Of a stretch of 64,000 nucleotides of DNA, positions 55,535-64,000 are shown one piece after another. The position numbers and the translations under genes were made by a program. A model generated the notes under the pieces. It saw only the letters and a list, made by a program, of their open reading frames with translations, was not told where the DNA came from and made no database searches. Position 1 is the stretch's first letter. Each line of letters opens with the position of its first letter. The DNA comes from Octopus vulgaris (Eukaryota): assembly GCA_951406725.2 (NCBI GenBank), contig OX597831.1, positions 12,958,001 through 13,022,000 of the forward strand, in the 5' to 3' direction.

Positions 55535-56425
55535 GTCGTTATCCAGTTTATTTCAAGAATTCTTGCCAATACAGAAAGAACCGGTTTCTATCCTAGATCC
55601 AAGGCTCCTTCATTGGAATTTCAACATCAACAACAGGGTATTTTTGTCTGCTTGTATGTATGTATGTATGTATGTATGTATGTATGTATGTATGTATGTA
55701 TGTGTGTGTGTTTGTATGTATGTATGTATGTATGTATGTATGTATGTATGTATGTATGTATGTATGTATGTATGAACATTTGTGTGTGTGTATGTATGTA
55801 CGTATGTGTAGATTTGTATGTTTTATTTATATATTCTCATACATACAGTTGTATATCTAGACATGCTCATATATATTTAAATGATAAACTTCTGCAAAGT
55901 TTTACAGATTTTTACAGTTCCAGTGATGCATTGAATCTGTAGTCTTCGAATTAGCTTTCTCCTTTCTGGTTCTGAGAAGCCTGATTTCTCAAGACTGGTA
56001 TTTAGGCAGTGTGTTACACCACCTAAGATCCCAGTAATTACAGGTATAAATGTGAACTTGTAATCTGGATAGAGTAACTGCAGACTTCTCAATAGCTCAA
56101 CGAAGGTGTTCTCTTTTTCACTGATCTTCAGCTTTATCTTAGCATCCGCTGAGTATCTAATTTCCACAACTGCACATTTTCTTTTCTCTATTCCAAATCA
56201 TTATATCAGGTCTGTTGTGCTTACATTTTATTGACGTCTTCAATGATACATTCCACCAGTATTCCTTTTTATTATGAGTGGCTATGGCTTCTACCATACT
56301 GTGGGTTCTTATTTCTTTGTACTTGGGATTATTCTTCCGACGGATTTCATTGTAGAGAGTCCTAGCTACAACATTATGTCTCATCAGTAGATAATACCGT
56401 GATAACATTTTCGGACAACTGCTTG
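55535..56425 (-). mobile_element. RLE-type non-LTR retrotransposon 3' fragment (R4/Dong/NeSL-like)
   Basis: CPKM...RHNVVA, then HNRPDI...EI...KISEKE restriction-like endonuclease motif, frameshifted; 3'UTR with internal (CATA)n. Confidence 0.85.
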
Positions 56426-57741
56426 ATGTATATATTTATGTGTGTCTTTGTGACCCACCTACTAGCATCACTTGACAACCTATGCTGGTGTGTTTACATC
56501 CCCATAACGTAGTGGTTCGGTAAAAGAGACCGATAGAATAGGTGCTAGGCTTGCAACGAATAAGGCCTAGGATCGATTTCGTCGACTAAAAAAGCGGTGC
56601 TCCATCATGGCCGCAGTCAAATGACTGAAACAATAAAAGAATAAAATAATGTATATATATATATATTTACATAGGAAGAGAAAAAGTGAGAGGAGAAATA
56701 GAGATAGAGAGAGAGATAAAGAGAAAGAGAGAGAGAGAAGGAGAGAGAGAGAGAGAGAAAAAGGGAGAGAGAGAGAGCTATATTGTACTATGTTTACCAT
56801 TATGGTAAGAAACACTCCAGTAACAGACATCTTGTCTTTGTATACAAGATGGCTGTTTCCTTCGTTTTGTAAGACTGGTAGAATCAGTAATTTCAGAGAG
56901 TACTACTTGGCTGCTATTTCTAGCAGGTTAGCACACGAGGCTGTCATATTTTACAAGATATAAGGAAGTCCATTGTGAATGAGAGACGCGCAGGAAAGAA
57001 TTAATGGACAATCGGTGCCGATCCGTTGACAGCTGGCTGATCTCACTTCCAGGCATCGCTGGATGGATTCCTCCGTCCATTAAAAGATCGTTTTCAATTA
57101 GAAGTTTGCATATTTCCGGAGATTGTCGCCAGTTGATGTAATTTTAACATTTACTGCTTCGTAGCAGAGTTGTGTGTATGTGCGTGTGTATTGGTGTGTG
57201 TATTGGTGTGTGGGTGTGTGTATGCGTGCGCTTGCATGTGCGTGGGCACTGCAGCGGATGTATCTATATCCTAGTGTTTCATGTTCCATTATATACGTGT
57301 GTGTATGCGCACGCGCGCTTGTTTCTGTGTGTGTGAGTGTGCGTATATAATGTGAAGACTTTGTGCGCATGAGTTATTTAGTTGCACACAAACGCGCACA
57401 GCCCCCTCTCTCATTCTCTCTACAAATATCTACATACATACATACATACACATACACACATACACACACATACATACATACACTCATGCATACATACATA
57501 CACGCATGCATACATACTTACACGCATGCATACATACATACATACATACATGAATGCATACATACACACATACATACATACACACATACATACTTACATA
57601 CATACATACATACACATACAGAAACACATACATACATACACATATTTGTACCATAAGTTATTCGTATGAGTTTGATGTAGTGCATATAAGAGGTTAAATG
57701 TCTGGGCTAGACACACTCAGTCACACACACACACGCACGCA

Positions 57742-57790
<49 letters not shown>

Positions 57791-58181
57791 ACACTTACTC
57801 TGTGTATACTTTAAGCGCATGGCCGGATTTATGTGTTAAACGAAACAAACATGTGTTCAGGAAACCACAAAGTTTATTTTTGTTCTAATCCCGGATTTCG
57901 ATCTCAGAAGTCAGCTCTGTTTCATGCGTACTCATTCATTAGGCCGAATCTGATTCCGGTTTCTATAGGATATAAGCGACTGAGAGTCCAATGTCCCCTG
58001 TTGAATGGGACAGCAAGCTTTCACCGGATTAACCCTCTCCCTGCCACACACACACCTTTATTGTTGGCCCTTATTTACACAGGAGCAACATCAAGTGAAA
58101 TATTCTGCTCAAAAACATACTGTGCTAGCTTGTCTTAGAATCGAAACCGCGACCTTACTTTTGTGAGTTTAAAATCCGCAA

Positions 58182-58578
58182 GCGCAGGAGTGGCTGTGTG
58201 GTAAGTAGCTTGCTTATCAATCACATGGTTCTGGGTTCATTCCCACTGTGTTGCACCTTGGACAAGTGTCTTCTTCTATAGCTTTGAGCTGACTAAGCCT
58301 TGTAAGTGGATTTGGTAGACGGAAACTGAAAGAAGCCCGTCGTATATATACATATATGTATGTGTGTATATGCTTGTGTGTCTGTGTTTGTCCCCCACCA
58401 ACAAAACATGACAACCGATGCTGGTGTGTTTACGTCCCCGTCACTTAGCTGTTCGGCAAAATAGTCCGATAGAATAAGTACTAGGCTTACAAAGAATAAG
58501 CCCTGGAGTCGACCTGCTCGACTAAAGGCGGTGCTCCAGCATGGTCGCAGTCAAATGACTGAAACAAGTAAAAGAGTA
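58182..58578 (+). mobile_element. SINE family B
   Basis: Full-length similarity. Confidence 0.85.
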
Positions 58579-58896
58579 TCCAAGCCACCAATCACACGAA
58601 TCTTCAAATCGTGTTGGATTTGCTTTGGTACAAATTCTAATTATAAACGGTTTCTTTTTTCTTAATGAATAAATACTGTAAACAATTTTGCGTTTTACTC
58701 GTCACCCGAGTTATATGTAAATGATTCGTGTGTTGTACTTACGATTGTTTGGAGTTAAATAAATACAACGAAAAAGTGTTATACAGATAGCCGTCACTTC
58801 CGAGCGAGGTTTGGAAATAGGCACTCTTGCGGCCCCCTCACTTTCTACCTAGCGGAACATCCTGGTTGTGATTGCTGGAAAGGGAGAGAGAGTGAG

Positions 58897-58946
<50 letters not shown>

Positions 58947-59246
58947 AGAGAGAGAGAGAGAGAAGGAGAGAGAGAGAAGGAGAGAGAGAGAGAGAGAAGG
59001 AGAGAGAGAGAGAAGGAGAGAGAGAGAGAAGGAGAGAGAGAGAAGGAGAGAGAGAGAGAGCCGAATTAGCAACCGGTTGGTACTCATTTGAGGCTGAATA
59101 GATTGATGTAACGGGAAATGAAGTATCTTGCTCAAGGACACGGTCCAACACTCGATGCAGGGATTGAACTCATAACCCTGTGATCATGAACCGAACAGCG
59201 TAGCCATTAGTCTACACGCCTTCGCTCAATTAAACAAAATAGCTAT

Positions 59247-59563
59247 ACATTATTTACATTATTTACATTTGAAGGAAATTTGTCATCATTTTGTTTGTTG
59301 TTAACACAACGTTTCAGCTGATATACCCTCCAGCCTTCTTCATGTGTCTTTGGGAAATTTCGAACCTGGGTTCTCATTTCTAAGGTATTTTTCGATGTTA
59401 TTTTCGATGTTATTATTATTATCATCATCATTCAGGTTACTGCTTGGAATCGAATTCGGAATCTTGGGATTAGTAGCCCGTGCTCTTAACCACTACGCCA
59501 TATGCCCGTCAAATGTAAATAATGTAAATGTACAAAATTCCTCATCTCTTAAATATAGAGCTG
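59247..59563 (-). mobile_element. tRNA-headed SINE carrying an HHR-like motif, with inverted terminal duplication and 12-bp TSD
   Basis: TSD CAAAATAGCTAT 59235-59246 and 59564-59575; tRNA-like head about 59507-59440; HHR-like 59303-59348. Confidence 0.75.
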
Positions 59564-60955
59564 CAAAATAGCTATTGTCAATATATTTGGGGTAGGAACT
59601 GGCCTGGGTGGCAGCGGGTGGATAAAATCTAAGAAAATTGAATAATTGAATATTTAATCTACCATTTTCTCATTCAGCCCTTAATTCATCAGTTAGATAA
59701 TAGTAGGGTCGAAGGGAACCGTTATTGAGCTGAACTAAGGGATTCATTTAGTCTCCTTACTGTCCTCCTTTTGTGTGCATTGAAGGGTCGGTATTAGCCT
59801 GTAATATATATATCTGCTGTTTTGAAAGTAGTAGAGTGCTACCCATAGGCCCAGACGCAGGACACGGCAGGAGATAATCTGGCAAATGATTAATTGCAAC
59901 AGACAGATTGCTCTAATTATAATCAAACATCGGGCGTTAGAATAATTAATCATTATCATTTGTATTTCGGTTTAACTAAACAAGGCATCGAGGTTCCGTA
60001 ATCATGCTCAATAAAACTTGCTTTGTTTACGATCAGATCAATCATGCAAACTGTGCTCTTCGCCCGTCTCGTTCAAACAGTCGACATCTAACTGTATATA
60101 GCATTCTCTCCCCAAGCTGAGAAATGCCGAAATGAATCGCTTGGTGACCAGTGTGGCGCTGTTGAGATTTTATTATCTCTCTTGAGTTACTCTAATATTA
60201 TGCATCTGTTGATTATGATAGGAGCTAATGTAGGGGAGAACAAATTAGAGGTGATCATAGGAAGATTACGGCCATTGTTGTTCCATGGCACATATCATGG
60301 CTAGTGTGCTTCAGTGCCATCCGTAGCTATAAAGGGTGCCACCAGGGGCAGCCTTAAAGTTTGCTACCCAAAGGTCTCTTGCCTCGTATGCAGGTTTACA
60401 TAGCAGGCCCCAACGTGCCGCCTTCTTAAAACTGTCGCCTGTGACTGACCGTTCCCGTTGCTCTCCACTCTTAGCTACACCGCTGCGTGCTTCCCAACAC
60501 AGTGTTGGGGGCTGTTGAAGTTATTGGTGTTGCTGCGATGTCTATGTTCTTAAGATGTTATACATATATCTGTTTTAATTTTAAGTCCATATCGTATCAG
60601 GTTACAATAAAGATTGGAGCGTGCAGCAGCAGCAACCTCTCATGTTCAAAGCGTCCCGCTTTCGCTTCAAGTATTTTTGGTTCGTTCTCGAAGAATTCTC
60701 TTGCTTGTTGTCTCTGTGTGCATGCTGTGATGATTGGCAGAGCCATATTTTGCGTTTGTTAAAATCAAAGGCATTTCAAGTCCAGTCTTTTCGTCTCTTT
60801 GCATATCGATAATCTTCATTATTACATAACGTATCCTTTGTTTTTCAAGACGGTTGAATGACAGTTAAAGGAATTTGGCTGCTATTTCCAGTAGATTGAA
60901 CAACCATGATGAGGTTTCATTGTCAGCTCTAGAGTTAATGCAATGCATTTTAGTA

Positions 60956-61155
60956 AGGCGACAAGCTGGCAAAATCGTTGGCGCACCTTACAAAGTACTT
61001 AGCGGCATTTCGTCAGTCTTCGTGGTTTGAGTTCAAATTCCACTGAGGTCGACTTTGCTTTTCATTCTTTCAGGGTCGAGAAACTAAGTACCAGTTGAGC
61101 CTTGGGGTCGACTAGCTTCTCCCCCATCCAAATTGCAGGTCTTGTGCTCTTTGTT
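60956..61155 (+). mobile_element. SINE family A, diverged
   Basis: Head, B box and core. Confidence 0.7.
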
Positions 61156-61564
61156 GAATGAAATATGGTATGGGATTAAAGAACACGAACAACAGCAAAA
61201 CTAAGAAGGAGAAGAGAAGAATAAAAGGGGCCGAGAGTATAATAATAATGATAATAATAATTGAAAATATGTAAGACTTTCCAAATGTTTAGCATTTAAG
61301 GACACGTGCTTATCTGGAGAGAGAATAGATAAATTAAAAAAAGGATAAAACATACGTGTCTGCACATACCCTGACTCTAATGCACACATACAAAGAAACA
61401 TGCAAAACCTTGGTGTTTGAAGTTGCAATGAAGGAGTCCTGGATCTAGGTTAGAAACCGACTCTTTCTTCATTAGCTAGAAATACATACAAACATTTATA
61501 CATAAATACATGCGTATGTACGTACATACATGCATACATACATACCTACATACATATATATATC

Positions 61565-61840
61565 ATGTGACCGACCAGACCATCAGATGTTGCTACACAT
61601 CGCTGGTCACAATGCGTTCGCATTGTTTTAGCCTTCGAACGACGCCACCCCGCTGGCTAAACGAGCAGGCCAACAGAAGAAAGAGGGAAATATTGGTGAA
61701 AGAGTACAGTAGGGGTCACCACCATCCCCTGCCGGATCCTCGTGGAGCTTTTAGGTGTTTTCGCTCAATAAACACACACAACGCCCGGTCTGGGAATCGA
61801 AACCGCGATCCGCTGCCCTAACCACTGGGCCGTTGCACCT

Positions 61841-61843
<3 letters not shown>
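61565..61843 (-). mobile_element. SINE family C variant
   Basis: Head on minus strand with a distinct 3' half. Confidence 0.75.
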
Positions 61844-61895
<52 letters not shown>

Positions 61896-61998
61896 GGTAG
61901 GTAGGAAGAATTCACGAAAAAACAACGACAAAAGACGAAAACTGGTGGTATAGAAAACAAACAGATGTATTAGTATAGCGCTCGGGAATTGAAAAAGT

Positions 61999-62034
61999 GT
62001 TTTACATTTCGAGCCTACGCTCTTCTACAGAAAG
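61999..62034 (-). ncRNA. Minimal hammerhead-like motif inside repeat 61900-62098
   Basis: CTTT-CTGTAGA-AGAGC gtag GCTC-GAAA-TG-TA-AAAC; same family as 20565-20745. Confidence 0.45.
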
Positions 62035-62509
62035 GAGCACAGAAAGAAACAAGGGGAGGAAAAAATGTGTGTAGTGGCTACCGATCTATCATGGCGACTG
62101 ATGTATGCATACGCATGAACCCAACTTTTTGTACCGTTCTTGTAACTCACAGTGTTTGTGTTTTCGCCTATGCTGCTGCCATCGTGGTAGTTGTTGTTGT
62201 CCATTGTTGTTAGTCTTGTTGTTGATATTGTTGCGGCCGTCTTTGAAGTCACCGCATGTGTGTTTGTGTATGTATATGGGTTCGCTTCCTATTTTATTTG
62301 GACCCATACCTTTATACAATTTTTTTTTGTCTTTAATTTCTTCTTTTATATTTATCATAGGTAAGTGCATATATGTCTATTGTATATGCATTACGTTGTT
62401 TGTATCTGAGTTTTTTCTCACTTCAGTCTTTAGTCGTCATGTTGTGTGGTGTGGTGGTGGGTTTTATTGTTCCATTCGTGTTTCCTGTTGAGGCTCGATA
62501 TGTCTATTG

Positions 62510-62911
62510 CTATGTGTGTAGTTCCTGTGATCTAAGTGTTGTTTTAGTTCGATGCGTTGATAATACTTTGACCTCTATGCTATTGACTGAGCCTCTACGT
62601 TCTGCTTGAGCATGTTGATAGAGCACTGACGAACCTTTCTCTTCTTTGAGCTCTCGCCAGTCTTCACCTATGCGTTCTCTTATGTTGCGCGCTGTCTCGC
62701 CAAGGTGAGCAATTGTTATGCTTCTGCACCGTCCCTCAGTACATCGTAAGTTATACACTATATTCCTAACCATACAGTTAACCTGTGGCTTTATCCTACA
62801 TACAATACAATTATTCTCCGTACACAGGGACCCATCGAAGGGATAAGTTCTACAAATCAGGGATTTTATAGTGACACCAGGCCTTTCTACCACTTTAATA
62901 CGTAGATTGGC

Positions 62912-62912
<1 letters not shown>
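62510..62912 (-). pseudogene. Penelope-like element GIY-YIG endonuclease fragment
   Basis: Cys-rich linker C.ENNC.VC followed by C.VRNIVYNLRC...HLGETARNIRERIGE (GIY-YIG with GET.R...R..E); truncated at a (TA)n tract. Confidence 0.85.
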
Positions 62913-62948
<36 letters not shown>

Positions 62949-62954
<6 letters not shown>

Positions 62955-63250
62955 GAAATGAGGTACTCAGAAGATCGGATGGTTTATATTTACAGATATT
63001 TATTTGTATATTACATTTTTTATATATATCATATCACTTAGATCATTAGCGCTTTCTGCCATTCTAGTGGGGTTTTCAAATCAAATGAAAACCCCACTAG
63101 AATGGCAGAAAGCGCTAATGATCTAAGTGATATGATATATATAAAAAATGTAATATACAAATAAATATCTGTAAATATAAACCATCCGATCTTCTGAGTA
63201 CCTCATTTCTTCTAATATATAATACCTGTACATCATCTCCAAACCTTCCA
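62949..63250. mobile_element. Fold-back element in (TA)n: 130-bp apparently perfect arms plus one-sided tail, HHR-like centre
   Basis: Arms 62949-63078 and 63086-63215; tail to about 63250; GAAA-GCGC-TA at 63108-63117. Confidence 0.85.
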
Positions 63251-63254
63251 ATAT

Positions 63255-63600
63255 ATATATATATAAAACTGAGAATGTGTGTCTGTCTGTCTGTGTGTTT
63301 CGCTAAATCTTGAGAACTGCACAACCAATTTCATTAAAATTTTACACATGCCTTACCTAGGCTCAGGGGAACGTCATCAGCAAAAAATGCTTTAACTTTT
63401 TGCCTAGGGCGAGCCTACAGCAATATCATATCTTCTCCACTACGATTCCCTAAAACTTGAGAACTACACAACCGATTTCATTCAAATTTTACACATGCCT
63501 TACTTAGGGTCCATGTAGTTTCATGGGCAAAAAAAAATGTTCAACTTCTTGCCTAGAGCGAGCCCATAGCAATATCATATCTTCTCCACTATTTCAGTAT
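63255..63600 (+). mobile_element. Possible non-autonomous Helitron-like repeat with about 150-bp internal tandem duplication
   Basis: TATATATAAAA start, (GTCT)n, CCGATTTCATTCAAATTT motif; unit CTTGAGAACT...TCTTCTCCACTA repeated. Confidence 0.4.
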
Positions 63601-64000
63601 TATGTGTTAAAAGTGAAACAAAAACATTTCTCTATTTTATGTCAGATACTTTCACTTTAACAATAAAAATAATAATAACAATTGAATTATATGTAGTAAG
63701 TAATAATTAAAGTATAATATAATCGTAACATAACAAAAGTAAAAATAGCAATTGGTATAAAATTGCATCAATGACTTGAACAAGTGGTTTCACATGAATG
63801 GGAATAAATTAAAAATAAAATTAGCATGCAGAAATGGAGTAGTCCAGATGGATAATAAAAAATTAAATTAAAGAAAAGGCTATTGTCTATAAAGTATACA
63901 ATATAGAAAAAAAAAATTTGAACACCTGGAGGAAAGCACCATTGAAAAGTGTCTTGGTGCGACTATGAAAAATATCTAACCAGAGGCGGTAAATTCGCCG

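Overview
Eukaryotic, AT-rich, repeat-saturated genomic DNA. The tRNA-headed SINE families and the extreme density of (TA)n, (CA)n, (CATA)n, (TATC)n and (TAA)n tracts resemble an octopus (coleoid cephalopod) genome; this is an inference. No host protein-coding exon could be supported, and most ORF-track entries are microsatellite artefacts. The window holds about 40 SINE copies from four families, a decayed full-length mariner plus two mariner MITEs, RTE, CR1/L2-like and RLE (R4/Dong-like) LINE fragments, and a Penelope-like GIY-YIG endonuclease fragment. The most notable signal is a set of small non-coding elements, mostly embedded in (TA)n tracts. Many are fold-back palindromes with a one-sided 30-40 nt tail and carry type I hammerhead ribozyme (HHR) folds with palindromic, minimal stem III. 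These include one canonical HHR (43928-44016), a terminally redundant 350-nt retrozyme-like monomer (29531-30198) and a tRNA-headed SINE/HHR chimera with a target-site duplication (59247-59563). All structures were read by eye; no alignment, folding or database search was run, and repeat boundaries are approximate.
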